Made by a program: the position numbers and the translations under genes. Below are positions 39,290 to 53,283 of a stretch of 64,000 nucleotides of DNA, piece after piece. A model generated the notes under the pieces. It saw only the letters and a program-made list of their open reading frames with translations, had not been told where the DNA came from and did no database searches. Every line of letters starts with the position of its first letter. Position 1 is the stretch's first letter. Source of the DNA: Macrostomum lignano (taxonomy: Eukaryota); contig NIVC01002511.1 of assembly GCA_002269645.1 (NCBI GenBank), positions 62,001 through 126,000 on the forward strand. Reading direction: 5' to 3'.

Positions 39290-39880
39290 ATTAAGGATCT
39301 GGGAGGCTGGCACAGAAACTGAGGATCTGGGAGGCTGGCACAGAAACTGAGGATCTGGGAGGCTGGCCCAGAAACTGAGGATCTGGGAGGCTGGCACAGA
39401 AACTGAGGATCTGGGAGGCTGGCCCAGCAACTGGGGATCTGGGAGGCTGGCACAGAAACTAAGGATCTGGGAGGCTGGCTCATCAACTGAGGATCTGGGA
39501 GGCTGGCACAGCAACTAAGGATCTGGGAGGCTGGCTCATCAACTGAGGATCTGGGAGGCTGGCACAGCAACTGAGGATCTGGAAGGCTGGCACAGCAACT
39601 GAGGATCTCGAGGCTGGCCCAGAAACTGAGGATCTGGGAGGCTGGCTCATTAACTGAGGATCTGGGAGGCTGGCTCATCAACTGAGGATCTGGGAGGCCG
39701 ACCCAGCAACTGAGGATCTGGGAGGCTGGCCCAGCAACTGAGGATCTGGGAGGCTGGACCAGCAACAGAGGATCTGGGAGGCTGGCCCAGCAACTGAGGA
39801 TCTGGGAGGCTGGCCCAGCAACTGAGGATCTGGGAGGCTGGCTCAGCAACTGAGGATGTGGGAGGCTGGCCCAGCAACTG
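39290..39880 (-). repeat. 28-bp minisatellite family, third array (inverted)
   Basis: CAACTGAGGATCTGGGAGGCTGGCCCAG is the reverse complement of the 6942 unit. Confidence 0.95.
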
Positions 39881-40689
39881 TATTTCTGTGCGTATGGCTA
39901 GAGATAACCTAGAGAATAAATTTATCAATGGATATGGACGAGTAGCTACTCGATATTCTGTACTCATAGTAGGCACAATCGAGCAGTGCGATAATATTAT
40001 TATAAAAAGAAAGTAACAAATGAAAACATAGAAATGCTGTTTACTGTAACAAACACAAATGAACTCTTTGAATAGACAACAATGCCTTTGATTTTGTTAA
40101 TTTCAGCGGCACGAATTCAAATATTTTATTTAGTCTCATACCGATTGCATGTTGATAAATAGACAATGGCTGCATCAATATATTGTAGCAAGAATTTGAA
40201 ATGTTTAATTGTGTTCAAACACATCAAAATGTGTATTAAAATGAATTTAGGGTTGTTTATTAAATGAAAAACTGAGTCAGTGAGTCTTGATAAACTTTCT
40301 CAACATCCATAGCTGAAATCAGTATTGGTGAAAAGAAATTATTTAAAAAACATAACATACTACTTTTGAACTTGAGTAATAAATAGATTAACAATAGGTA
40401 AATGTAGATTACCGGTTAAATATCAGAAACTCTTTGTCTTTAGATTAAATGCTGTTGCAATGCTTTTAATATTTTTTTCAATTGACAAAGACAATTTAAT
40501 TAACAGCAGAGTGAAAACAACTTGAGGGCACAATGCGAATTTCTAGGGTGGCGTATATAAATGAGAACTGAGTAGTTACTGTCAAACCAAAAAATCTGAT
40601 AAAAAGCTATATTAATAAGGCTAAGGAGGGAACAATAGAGAAAGTGCAATTCAAAGTTTCCACTTTCGATTTGGGAGAGAGGGATAAAG

Positions 40690-41120
40690 GGTGAGAGTGT
40701 GGGTGAATGTCGATGAGATTTTGACTGAGAGTCAGGGTGAGAGTCAGATAGAGAGTTGGGGTGAGAGTTGGGGTGAGAGTTGGTGTGTCAGGGTGAGAGT
40801 CAGATTGAGATTTGGGGTGAGAGTCCGGTTGAGAGTCAGGGTGAGTCCGGTTGAGAGTCAGGGTGAGAGTCAGGGTGAGAGTCAGGGTGAGAGTCGGGTT
40901 GACAGTTGGGGTGAGAGTCAGGGTGAGAGTTGGGGTGAGAGTTGGGGTAAGAGTCAGGGTGAGAGTTGGGATGAGAGTCAGATTGAGAGTTGGGGTGAGA
41001 GTCAGGTTGAGAATCAGGGTGAGAGTACGGCTGAGAGTCAGGGTGAGAGTCAGGGTAAGAGTCAGGTTGAGAGTCAGGGTGAGAGTTGGCGTGAGAGTTG
41101 GCGTGAGAGTCAGGATGGGA
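40690..41120. repeat. 12-bp minisatellite (GAGAGTCAGGGT)n
   Basis: Tandem array downstream of NADK2. Confidence 0.92.
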
Positions 41121-41266
41121 GAAATACAAGACTTATTACAATAAAACAAAAGAGAAAATCTGCCAAATTAAATTATTCATAAGCAACAGAAGTGTACAAT
41201 AGATGCACACAGTGGCAGACAGAGATTCACATGAATAAAAGGCAGAACATAAAAAACCGAACCGAA

Positions 41267-44200
41267 TCAATCCAACAGTCTCACGCAGCAGATTGCATCC
41301 TCTGGTCGCATCTCCAGCAGGGCAACGCAGCCGTCATTGAAACTGAAGGCGTAGTCGCCATCGATCACCAACCTGGCGTCCCACATTCGAGACCGGACTC
41401 GAATCAGGTCCGTCACGCCGCGGCATTGATCGGCCGCGAACACGGAATTAACAACCGGATCCCGAACTGCCCAGGCCATGCGGATCAGCTCCGGGTCGAA
41501 TGTTAACGCAGAATTGTAGTTGCGCGCTATGCTAGCGATTTCGGCTGGAGTGTAGCGGCGACTGCGGCTGCCACTGCCGTCAGGTGAGTCAGCTAATTGG
41601 TTGGCGTAGTGCAGGATCTCCTCTACCTGGCTCTCGGCTGCAGGTGGGGGGATTTCTGGCTTTCTAGTTCGAGTTTAGGGGCGATTCCTAAAGTTTAGGG
41701 CAATTCCTAAAGTGAGTTTAGTGGCGATTCCTTAAGTGAGTTGAGGGCGATTCCTAAAGTGAGTTGAGGGCGATTCCTAAAGTGAGTTTAGTGGCGATTC
41801 CTAAAGTGAGTTTAGTGGCGATTCCTAAAGTGAGTTTAGTGGCGACTCCTAAAGTGAGTTGAGGGCGATTCCTAAAGTGAGTTTAGTGGCGATTCCTAAA
41901 GTGAGTTTAGTGGCGATTCCTAAAGTGAGTTGAGGGCGATTCCTAAAGTGAGTTTAGTGGCGACTCCTAAAGTGAGTTTAGTGGCGATTCCTAAAGTGAG
42001 TTTAGTGGCGATTCCTAAAGTGAGTTTAGTGGCGATTCCTAAAGTGAGTTTAGTGGCGATTCCTAAAGTGAGTTTAGTGGCGATTCCTAAAGTTTAGGGC
42101 GATTCCTAAAGTGAGTTTAGTGGCGACACCTAAAGTGAGTTTAGTGGCGATTCCTAAAGTGAGTTTAGTGGCGACTCCTAAAGTGAGTTTAGTGGCGATT
42201 CCTAAAGTGAGTTTAGTGGCGATTCCTAAAGTGAGTTTAGTGGCGACTCCTAAAGTGAGTTTAGTGGCGATTCCTAAAGTGAGTTTAGTGGCGATTACTT
42301 AAGTGAGTTGAGGGCGATTCCTAAAGTGAGTTGAGGGCGATTCCTAAAGTAAGTTCAGAGGCGATTTCTAAAGCTTAGGACGATTCCTTTAAAGTGAGTT
42401 TACAGCGATTCCTATAGAAATTTTAGAGCGATTCGTATAGAGATTTTAGGTCTTTAGGAGTTAAGGGAGTTAAGAATCTATTTTTAGCGGGAATTTAAAT
42501 ACGCGATTTCTTAGCGACAATCAGACTTCAAGGGCGATTAAAAAATGAAAATTTTTTTAACTCACACAGGTGATTGATATGGAAATACCAAGAAGTGGAA
42601 CCGGTCCCAGTGCACACGGTCACTCCGGAGGATTTCTGCTTTCGCATTCGCCCCTCTCGGCCCAGTCCCATCTCATAATAGGACACTCTGGCCGAAAGGG
42701 ACTCGCCGATGAACACTTCGTTCAGTGCGAGCACTGGCAGCGGGCTGAGCTCATGCTCCTGGCACTGCAGCATCGGCTGCCGGCGCAGCCAAGCCTCCTC
42801 GAGCTCCTTGTAGTGCTCCGAAAAGCGGTACTCCGGGTACTTTAGGTGTAACGACTGCAGGCGGCTGGCGCCATCGGCTGGGCTGTCCGCTGACGACTGG
42901 CTGCTGGAAGGCAATCCCGTTGACATGGAAACCCGGATGCGTTGCCGCCACAGCCAGCGGAACCTGGGCGGATGGGGAGCGGCGGATCAGGATCTGGGAT
43001 GGGGAATGGGGATTTGGGATGGGGAATGGGGATTTGGGATGGGGAATGGGGATCTGGGATGGGGAATGGGTATCTGGGATGAGGAAAGGGGTCTAGGAGG
43101 CAGTGTTAGCTTGAACTGAGGCTATTGCGCAATTCGAGTTCTTAAACTGGGGATCTGGGATCAGCATTAAACCTGTCCGCCTCGTGACTAAAGGGCCGGT
43201 CCATTGTTCCGGACTGCGGGCCCATGATAAGCGCAGAGGCGCCGCTGTCTCTCTTGCAACCCAAACTGCCAACTCCGATGCGACACTGTGAGAACTGCTG
43301 TCAATATCAGAGCTCAACTGGGTGCGAATTTGCCTCTGATGTCTGCATATTGAGCAGATGGAGGCGCAACTACTGATAATGTAAGCTGAGTGGCTGCTGC
43401 ACCTGGGTCTGGGAGGGCGGTGGCTGAGCCTGGGGTCTGGGAGGGTGGTGGCTGAGCCTGGGGTCTGGGAGGGCGGTGGCTGAGCCTGGGGTCTGGGAGG
43501 GCGGTGGCTGAGCCTGGGGTCTGGGAGGGCGGTGGCTGAGCCTGGGGTCTGGGAGGGTGGTGGCTGAGCCTGGGGTCGGGAAGGGCGTGGCTGAGCCTGG
43601 GAGGGTGGTGGTTGAGCCTGGGAGGGTAAGTGGCTTGGCCTGGGGTCTGGGAGGGTGGCCCAGCAACTTAGGATCTGGGAGGATGGCACAGCAACTGACA
43701 CTCTGGGAGGCTGGCCCAGCAACCGAGGATCTGGGAGGCTGGCTCAGCAACTGAGGATCTGGGAGGCTGGCCCAGCAACCGAGGATCTGGGAGACTGGCC
43801 CAGCAACTGACACTCTGGGAGGCTGGCACAGAAACTGAGGATCTGGGAGGCTTGCCCAGCTACTGACACTTTGGGAGGCTGGCCCAGCAACCGAGGATCT
43901 GGGAGGCTGGCCCAGCAACTGAGGATCTGGGAGGCTGGCCCAGCAACTGACACTTTGGGAGGCTGGCCCAGCAACTGAGGATCTGGGAGGCTGGCACAGC
44001 AACTGACACTCTGGAGGCTGGCCCAGCAACCGAGGATCTGATGCGAGACTCCGCAGGCTCACCTTCCAGCCAGCAAGGCATCGATGGCATCGGGCGCAGT
44101 CTTGCTGGTCGGCATGCACAGGTAGCCTTCTGACTTTCCCGGATCGGTGTTGACGCCAATCAAAGGCTTAGTGGCGGATTTAATCCGGCTGGCGGCCAGC

Positions 44201-45870
44201 AGAAAGGTGCCGTCGCCGCCAGCTGAAACCACGGCGTCGGCCCAGTCGATGGCGGCCAAGGTGTACATGTTGCGGGACACCACCTGGCAGTCGATGCCGC
44301 GCTGTCTGAATTGAAATTTAGGTACAGATTGATCAGTGCTGGAGAGGAAGAGAGGGAGAGGGAAAGAGGGTGAAAGGGAAATAGGGAGAGGGGGAGTGGG
44401 AGAGTGAGAGAGAGAGGGAGATAGCAGAGAGGGAGTGGGAAAGAGGGAGAGGGAGGGAGGGAGGGAGGGAGGGAGGGAGGGAGGGAGGGAGGAGGGGGAG
44501 GGGTAGAGTGGGAGAGGGAAAGGGGGTGAGAGGTGAGGAAGAGAGGGAGAGGAAGAGAAGGAATGGGAGAGGGTAAGAGGGAGAAGAAAAGAGGGAGAGA
44601 GAGCGAGGTAAAGGGAGAGAGGGAGAGGGGGAGATGGAGAGGGAGACGGAGGGAGGAGGAAAGAACGAGAGGGAGGGGAAGGGAGAGAACACAAATGAAA
44701 GACAACTCACTGCAAAGCAGATTCAAGAGTAAGCTAAATCTTTTATGCTTATAAACATACATATATTAGTACTTTATATTAGCACATGTGAATTTACAGT
44801 TAAATTTAACTCACTGCAGATGAGCAACCAGCGAATTCAAGGTGCCATGGTGAATATTGTGGTGCAGCAGTAAATTATCGTAATCCGACCCTTTGCGCTT
44901 TAACTTAAATTTAGATGAAAAAGGATACGATTGTTGATTAACTTAGCAATTCTCTAAAACCTCAGATCCCTAAACTCTGAATCCCTAACTTTAAATGCAT
45001 AAACTAATAAATACCCTAAAATCTAAATCCCCAAACTCCAAATCTCTAAACTCCAAATCCCCAAACTCCAAATCTGTAAGCTCCAAATCCCCAAACTCCA
45101 AGTCTCTAAACTCCAAATCTCTAAACTCCAAATTCCCAAACTCCAAGTCTCTAAACTCCAAATCTCTAAACTCCAAATCCCCAAACTCCAAGTCTCTAAA
45201 CTCCAAATCTCTAAACTCCAAATTCCCAAACTCCAAGTCTCTAAACTGCAAATCTCTAAACTCCAAATCCCCAAACTCCAAATCCCCAAACTTTAAATCC
45301 CCAAACTCTAAATCCCTAAACTCTAAATCCCTAAACTCCCCAAATCCCTAAACTCCAAATCTTTAAACTCCAAATCTCTAAACTCCACATTCTCAAACGA
45401 TAAATCTTAATACTTCCACTTGAAAGTCCATAAAATCCAAATCCCGAAACAACAAATCCAAGACCATAAATCCCTATAATCTAATTAATTCCGTAAAATT
45501 GAAATCCAAAAAGTAAAATTTGTTAAACACTAAATTCATAAACTACAAATCCATAGGTGTCAATGCAGATATAATAGAGCAGAAACAAATCACTCACATG
45601 ATCCTTCAGCTTCTCCTCAGACAGATGCGGATTAAGCGATCTCTCATACTCCAAGCGAGTAATTTTAGTTAGCAGCAGAAGTCGCCTGGGCTCAAAACCA
45701 GGCAGCTGCTGGGAGAAGCGCATGGCTGGCTGGCACCAACCGCCCGTGGCAGCAGAGGAGAGCAATTTAGCCAACTGTTTGGTACCAGTGCAGCATCGGT
45801 TGCACTGGCTGACAGTCGCAATGGCCAACTGACATCCATGCACTGTGCGAAGTATAACTGAACCAAGCAT
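41267..45870 (-). CDS. NADK2: NAD kinase 2, mitochondrial-type, ~457 aa, 5 exons
   Basis: Exons 45870-45598, 44903-44815, 44305-44063, 42963-42566, 41637-41267, with consistent phases (1374 nt). Motifs: KITRLEYE, ADAVVSAGGDGTFLLAAS, KPLIGVNTDP..SEGYLC, FRWLWRQRIR, LPVLALNEVFIGESLSARVSYYE, KQKSSG..VCTGTGSTSW, RSRMWDARLVIDG..AFSFNDG. The N-terminal ~50 aa lack acidic residues, as expected of a transit peptide. An alternative ATG lies at 45723. Confidence 0.92.
41680..42420. repeat. 24-bp minisatellite (GTGAGTTTAGTGGCGATTCCTAAA)n
   Basis: Fills NADK2 intron 4. Confidence 0.95.
43395..44040 (-). repeat. 28-bp minisatellite family (fourth array) plus related GGTGGCTGAGCCTGGGGTCTGGGAG units
   Basis: NADK2 intron 3; runs to within about 20 bp of the splice donor. 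Confidence 0.9.
44985..45400. repeat. 15-bp minisatellite (AAACTCCAAATCTCT)n
   Basis: NADK2 intron 1. Confidence 0.9.
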
Positions 45871-47031
45871 TGCACTTATTAATATTCTGTTTTTTAAATA
45901 TTAGTAGACTGATAGATAGCAGGAAAATTTTGATTTAACATTGCACAATTGATTGAGTAGTTTTTAGGTTTGATGACTGGCTGTAAAATGTAAAATTTTT
46001 GGATAAAGACCTAATTGCATTAATGCTAGTTTGTCAAGCAATCTCAATTGTATTAGAGACAAAGCAAAGTAGAGACTTTGGTAAGGATATTTCTTGTTTT
46101 TGTTAAAAGGATAGGCCACAATAAAGTGTTGATTAAATATAGTTAGCATGTGGTAAATCAGGTGGCAAATATGGATAGCAAATCAAAAATAAAAATATAC
46201 TGCATAATTACAATTATCTATCTGGTCATACTAAATTATCTACTTGCTGGTTGGAATTTTTATCAGTGGCTATTACTTGTCTAACTATAACTTTTTACTC
46301 TTTTTGTAGTGTGTTATAAAATAATTCTACTTAAATTTATTGTAGTAAACTAACATATGCATATTCATATTATGGCTATGACATTTTCCCAAAGTAATGT
46401 TTTTACAAATCATAGAAATCGCATTTTGGCAAAGAGTTATATTATATAAAAAATAGAATTATATTGCAATTTTACAAATCTGATAAATTGCAAAAGAAAT
46501 GTTAAAGTGCCAAATATATAAAAAGTGTAAGTAACAAATAAAGAATAAGCTTTTACTTTACAAATTAAAAAAGGAAATTTGAAGTAATAAAGAAGTAAGA
46601 GAAACAAATCTATCTATGCCTTGTTAGGTCTGACTCTAGGCCTAACCTTATTGCTTTGAGTTTTGTAACAAAGAAGATAGAATAGAGTTTGGTAGGATGC
46701 TTTGCAGTTGCAACATAGTAAGTATGACAAAAAGGTAGCCTATGGCTATGTTTTACTTGCATTACAGTAATATAATTTCAATCAAAAACTTCTAATAGCC
46801 ATTCTTATCAACTAAAATGATACAAATCTTGCTAAACTTTAGGATACAATTAATAAATAATATGCAACAAACTTGCTAAACTAATTAATAATTTAATAGG
46901 CTAAACTAAGCAATGCTCAAGACTTTGAAAATTCAACTTTATATTGCGCTGATAGGCTATGGCCTGGGTTTTTTGCTACTGCTAAGATTCAAAATAGCAT
47001 CAAAGGTCATACTTCAAGTGCATGGTCATTT

Positions 47032-48045
47032 GCACTTGACAGCTGCTGTGACAACACCGGACGGCCTATTGGACTCCTTTGAGACATCCTCCGGAGTACT
47101 TCAGGGAGATATGCTGGCGCCGTCCTGTTCGTCCTGGTGCTTGACTGGGTGCTGCAGATTGCTCTTCCTACCGACGACGACGGTTTTCTGCTGCGGCGAC
47201 GTGTGGGTCGAAGTCAACCAGAGAAGCGGCTCAGCGTGCTTGGCTACGCCGACGACCTCGCCCTGTTGTCCTCGACAGTCAAGGGCGCCCAACGGCAGCT
47301 GGACAGGCTAGTTGCCATTGCGGCGAGTGTCGGCCTGGTGGTCAACACGCAGAAGACCATTGTGCTATGCGTGCCGGACAACATCGAGGCTGCAATATTC
47401 TGCCGAGGCGCTGACGGGCAGGCGACCGAACTCCTGCGATGTCAGCAGTTCGTCTACCTTGGCGGTCTGGTTCCAGACGCTCGCAAGGACCTGCGACGCC
47501 GTCGCGGGCTTGCCTGGGCTGCTTTTCGTTCTGTGAGGGCAGTCCTAGCCTGCAGTCCGAGGCCCTACCAGACCGCCAGAGGGCGGCGCTGTTCCAGGCG
47601 GTAATCGAGACCGTCCTGCTGTACAACGCTGAGACCTGGACGCTGACGGACTCACTCGAACAGCAAGTCGATGCAGCGCACGCTGGCCTGCTGCGCACCA
47701 CCTTCAACATCGGCGTCGAGCGAGTCACCAACGCGGCACTCTATCGCCGCGCTGGCCTGCCACGTCCAAGTGATCTACTGCGCCATTGGCGACTCCAGCT
47801 CGCAGGCCATCTCATCTGCGCCGAGTCGTACTGCCCACAGCCAGTGCAGGTGCTGCTGCTCACTCTGCAGGCACCCTACCGGCGAGGTCAAGCGCAAACT
47901 CGGCATTATGTCGACTGTCTGCTGGCTGACGCCGGCGCCCTGGACACTGCCGGTGCTGCGGCCTTTGTTCGCGCCCAAGCCATGAAGCGCACCCTGTGAC
48001 GCTGACTTTTGCCATCCTGACAGCGTATTTTGTTGTTGTTGTTGT
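47032..48045 (+). mobile_element. 5'-truncated RTE-like non-LTR retrotransposon (RT C-terminal part, frameshifted)
   Basis: SGVLQGD.LAP, LGYADDLALL, GLVVNTQKT, FVYLGG and VLLYNAETW motifs spread across shifted frames. It has a (TTG)n tail and a 10-bp TSD ATGGTCATTT at 47022-47031 and 48046-48055. Confidence 0.88.
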
Positions 48046-48413
48046 ATGGTCATTTATTTCATTTCACAAATAAGTATTTGTAAACTAATATAAAACATAA
48101 ATTATGTTTTATAAAGGATAAATATATTATAAAGCTTTTTTTTAATAATTAGTTTGCAGGTCATTTTAATATTTATATTCAGATGTAATTTTTTGAATTG
48201 AGCTACAAGTTTTCTTTAACAAAATAACACATGCATTCTTATTGTCACTATACACTTTTACCACTTTCTGCTTTTGTGCATTTAGCTACAAATATTCTTG
48301 GTCATGGTCAGCCTTTTACCATTGTTCTTTAAATAAAATAACATTAATTTTTTGGCATTGTCCAATAAAAAGTAAACAAAGTCTAATTAGCAAAATAATC
48401 ATACATTTGCAAC

Positions 48414-49692
48414 CAGTGTTGGGCACTTCCGTTACCGAGTAACTTGTAAATGGTAACGCAAGTTACTTTTTCGTAAAGCGTTCCTTACGCAAGTTACTTT
48501 CCTATTTTGGTAACGGAGTAACGGTAAGTTACTCAAATTTCGGAAGTCCGTTACAGTTACTTTGCAACAATCGCAATATTTAAATTTAAAACTGATATGC
48601 TTAGCTATTACTATAGTTGTCACATTTTTAGCATTTTTCATTCCTAAATTCAAAACTAAGTGAATAATATCATACGGTATTATGCTGTAATTAATAAAGA
48701 AATACTTGAAACATGTTTTTACTTTGTTATTTTCGGTAAAATATTTTTGCTTTTCGTTTTTAAGTTAATAAAAATATTTTGTTTAGTTCTTAGAAACAAA
48801 AAACCAAAGAAAGAAATTCATCTGTAGTCTCCACAAATCCACTCAGTGATTGACGTAGCCAGGAATTTTAATTGGGGGGGGGGGGGCGGGTTGGCCTGGC
48901 TGGCCATGCCTCATGCCATTGCCACTTTTAGCGCCGCAGGCACTCATTTTAGCGCCGCAGGCACTCATTTTAGCGCCGCAAGCACTCATTTAAGCGCCGC
49001 AGGCACTCATTTAAGCGCCGCAGGCACTCAATCGCCTCATGGATTTTGGTACCCGCCACGCCCAACCCCACCCCCCAGGTGGGGTGTCTTGCAGGTGGGG
49101 TGAAGTTGCCGCCCCAACGATTGTTAAGGCGGCCTCCCTGGCTACACCACTAAAGTCCACTGGCACTGCACTGCACTGCACAATAATTTAATATTAATGA
49201 TAATAATTGAAAATAAATAAAAAGACTAGTAAAGCAGACTATAGAGTGGAGTAAAGCCAGGTACTTATTACGAGCGATGTATTATCAAGGACAACTGAAG
49301 TTACGTTAAGTTGTCCTTGTGTATTATAACTTATAATGTTATTAAAAATTAAATTGCGTTTTGCCTTTAACGTTTCTGACCTTCAGCTTCTTTTCTTTTT
49401 ACGGAAAGGGCCTAAAGTGATTAAAATTTAATACAGTTACTGAAATTAATGTTGTTTTATTCTTCCTCCTGGCTTTCGTGATCATTTGTGCTGTTCCAGC
49501 GCATTTGCAATGTTAAAAAAGCAGAAAATTTTGTTAATAACATAGGTAACGGAAGTAAGTAATGGAAGTAACTTAAAAGTTACCGGGTTTTTGTATAAAG
49601 TTACTAGGCTAATGTAAGTTACTTTTTGAAAAAGTGGTAACTTGAGTTACAGTAACGCAAGTTACTTTTTTTGAGTAACTTGCCCAACACTG
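48414..49692. mobile_element. non-autonomous hAT-type DNA transposon (1279 bp)
   Basis: TIRs CAGTGTTGGGCA / TGCCCAACACTG, a perfect 8-bp TSD TTTGCAAC on both sides, subterminal GTAAC/GTTAC motifs and no ORF. Confidence 0.88.
48844..49151. mobile_element. GC-rich MITE nested in the hAT element
   Basis: Imperfect TIRs ...GTAGCCAGG / CCTGGCTACACCACT, an internal 21-bp repeat, and an imperfect AAA(G)TCCAC duplication. Confidence 0.6.
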
Positions 49693-50249
49693 TTTGCAAC
49701 ATTACTGACTTACACTGGCTGTGTAACTTACTTTTCAACCAAAAATGTAATTTACCTTTGAAAGAAAGCTAAGCAAAATAAACATAATTTTGGATAAACA
49801 ACAAGAGTAACTATAATAATATTATTTAGACTAAATGCTGCACCATCTAATTAGTACTATATGAACATTACTGGTGCTTTTTTAATAGCTAATCAGCATG
49901 CCACCTAATGGTAGCCTATGAAGTAATTTGTAAATTGTCTTAATACAATGTAGTGAGCTTACTATATAAGTCATGATTCATGAAAGTCTAGAATGCTTAT
50001 GCCTAGAAGAAAAGTGAAATAAATACAGTGTGATACAATTTGCAATGTATTATAGTGATGGATCGAAATTCGATTTCGATTTCGATATTCCGAATTTTGA
50101 AACTAATTACGCATTTGTTTCCCGATCGATATTCAGATTGATATTCGAAAACTAACAAAATCTCTGCTCTGCAAAAATATTTTAGAACGCCGTTTGACAG
50201 GAAAAAAAGTGCAACCAAGAACATTGCAAAAATTAAGTTTCAGCTTGAT

Positions 50250-50895
50250 CCATCACTCTGGCTCGAAATGGCACCGATTTTCGATGTGCTCCCATTTAAA
50301 ATACATGTGATTTTATAAGGCAGATCGATATTCGAGTTCGCTCACTTTGGCTTGACCATTCAACATGAAATTTTACACACTAAAAAGTGCAACTCAGAAA
50401 CCGATAAATATACAGTTTCAGCTCGATCCGTCACTCTGGCTCGAAATGGCACCGATTTTCGATGTGCTCCCATTTAAAATACATGTGATTTTATAAGGCA
50501 GATCGATATTCGAGTTCGCTCACTTTGGCTTGACCATTCAACATGAAATTTTACACACTAAAAAGTGCAACTCAGAAACCGATAAATATACAGTTTCAGC
50601 TCGATCCGTCACTCTGGCTCGAAATGACACCGATTTTCGATGTGCTCCCATTTAAAATACATGTGATTTTATAAGGCAGATCGATATTCGAGTTCGCTCA
50701 CTTTGGCTTGACCATTCAACATGAAATTTTACACACTAAAAAGTGCAACTCAGAAACCGATAAATATACAGTTTCAGCTCGATCCGTCACTCTGGCTCGA
50801 AATGGCACCGATTTTCGATGTGCTCCCATTTAAAATACATGTGATTTTATAAGGCAGATCGATATTCGAGTTCGCTCACTTTGGCTTGACCATTC
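50250..50895 (+). repeat. 178-bp tandem subunits, left arm (~3.6 copies)
   Basis: TCACTCTGGCTCGAAATG recurs at 50253, 50431, 50609 and 50787. Confidence 0.95.
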
Positions 50896-51533
50896 GACTC
50901 GAAGTTTTGTTACATTTTGATAGCAAACATTTTTTTATCTTGCTCATTTATTTTACGCAGGAGGCAGAACATTGTTAAGTTCGGATGTTGGTGCATTCAG
51001 AAAAGTATATACAATGAGGAACGCGAAATCTATAGCTCTCGTATATAGCTCACAGAAGGCAGGTTGCGGATCTAATTAGGGGTTGCAAATCTTATTCAGC
51101 TTCCCGAAGAATGGTGTTTTCTAAGCAATACTAAGCAAGCAGTACATTCTATTTATTGCCTCGTCTTGCAATTTCCAGCAGCTATGTGAGAATTACCTTA
51201 CTTATTAAATTAAGACTTAAAGCAGGGGGGCAACAGCCCTCGGCCCCAGGGCCAGATCCAGCCCTTCCAATTCGCCCCCAAGGCCCTTGGTGATCTAGCA
51301 TTGCATTAGGCCCCACTCAAGAAATTCCTGGATCCGCACCTGACTGATGGAGTATGAGAATTTGTAATGGAAAAATATAACAATAAAAACGGTGCGATTG
51401 CACGGACGATGAGATACGCGATTCATAATTCCTACTATACGATTGCCTGTATGCTTTAAGAAACAGTCTAGATGTACTCGTAAAATTAAAAAAGCGCTGG
51501 TTAAATTCACTAGTTTGCTGTTGCTTCGTTCGT

Positions 51534-52569
51534 TCAGATCGAAAATAAGTTTTGGCAGCTCGAACAGATAAAGGTGTCGGTCGGGCCACTGGCCACGCAT
51601 TTGTCGTGGTACCAATTCAGGCAGGATGGGCATTCAATCTGTAGTAGGTAATTTAATTTCAGCGTTAAATGGGGTTTCCCCAACTTTTATTTAGCATATC
51701 AGTAATGGTTAATTACTTCCTTTTTAGCTTTTTTTGCCACTGTTGGCTACCTACAGTGAAATGGTTTTAGTACTAGCTACTTATCGGCGATATATCGTTA
51801 ATACTCGTAGATTAGCCTATTTCCGGAAATAACGACTTCAACGAAGAGCAGCATAATATAGTAAAGCCTTTAAAATGTAGTCAATAAAGCAAGCGTACTG
51901 CTACCCACCCAGTCAATCGTCCGATTTCTAGCACAAGCATCAGGTACCATTCTGTTGCACGTGCTGCAGGTCGCCTGGCTTCCTCCTTGACTGTAATTCT
52001 GGATAACCTGCCAGATGTGACACCGGTACTTTTCTAGGGATCCTGTGTCGTTTCTGAAGTGTAGCGGTGATCCAGTTGCAATAGCCCTGGCATACAGACA
52101 GACGAAAACACCGCAGCTATAGCCGTCATTCTGCATGGTCCGTGGCAAAGTATCTGGCTCAAAAGTCACCGGGCTGCTTCTGAACACAGGTGCTGTTTGG
52201 TCCACGAACGGAGCGACGACATTCGAATCGAGGAGTTGTCTGCAGGAGTATGAAATGTAGTTTAGCGGAATATTTTAAGTACGGATTTTTAGTATATGGA
52301 TGGACGTTCAGGGCTTTATGCTCTATACGATAGCAAGTAAATTTAGAGGCAAAAAGTTAATCAGCACATTGTACGAGCGTAGCTCGTAGGTGCGATTATA
52401 CGACACAAATGACCTACTTCCATCGATGAACTATGGACTTCAATTGACGAATTGCAGCGGCTCCGTTTTTTAGTGAGTCCAGGATTAGAATTTTTCTGCT
52501 GGCACCGCAAATCACAATTAGATAAAAATGTGACCCGTGTAAGACCGGAACAACTATTTGACTTAGACC
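51534..52569 (-). CDS. Ulp1/SENP (peptidase C48)-like protease and PHD finger exons of the foldback element
   Basis: Exons 52569-52418, 52239-51909, 51638-51534 splice in phase. They read IVVPVLHGSHFYLIV..ILILDSL (His, Asp), QNDGYSCGVFVCLYA (Gln, Cys), then CSTC...DW|IECPSCLNWYHDKCV...FICSSC (C4HC3 PHD) and stop. Confidence 0.8.
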
Positions 52570-53283
52570 CTGCAAATGGACACGGTGTTCGGTAATCATT
52601 TAGTAACTGTAGCATGCGCAGGCAGGCAGTTCGGGCACTCAGTTTGCACTCCGTGACCCCCACCCAGCCTATCCACTTTCCCCTGCTCGAGCACATCCCA
52701 ACGCGCACTCAATTAACCGGAAATCTGAGTTCCGCAGGACAATAAATATGCAGACACAGCCACCTTTTATTTCTCCACTAGGTAACTAACACTCGCAATA
52801 ACCAGCTAGAGTTGCTCGCTACAGTAACCTTTAAACCATTCATTTGTAAATTGCTGGCAAATTTGACCAAAAATACGCTCAAAGGGTGGCTACAGTGGCT
52901 ATCATGGTGTCCAGCTTTTACATATTCCATATTCGAGTGTATCGTTTCATAAGGGAAGCGTACGTAAGAAAACTATATACACGGAGAGGATCAACGGATA
53001 AATTCTTCCGTTAACCCCCCTAAATAAGGCGTGAAAAAAATTATTACCTTCCATCCAAGAGTTCTCGTCAGCAAATTTTGGCTCTCGCTAGTCAGTTCTC
53101 CATCATGTAGGTCAAGGATACTGCGAAAATCTCCCTCGCTCATCACTACCTGTGTTGCATTGGTTGACGTTACAGCGGTGCAGTAGGCCAGCAGAATCTA
53201 AGATGGATGGACAGCGCATCACATTATTGTATATTGGACAGTAGACACTGTTAGGGCGTGCCAGGAAGCATGGATAACTCAAC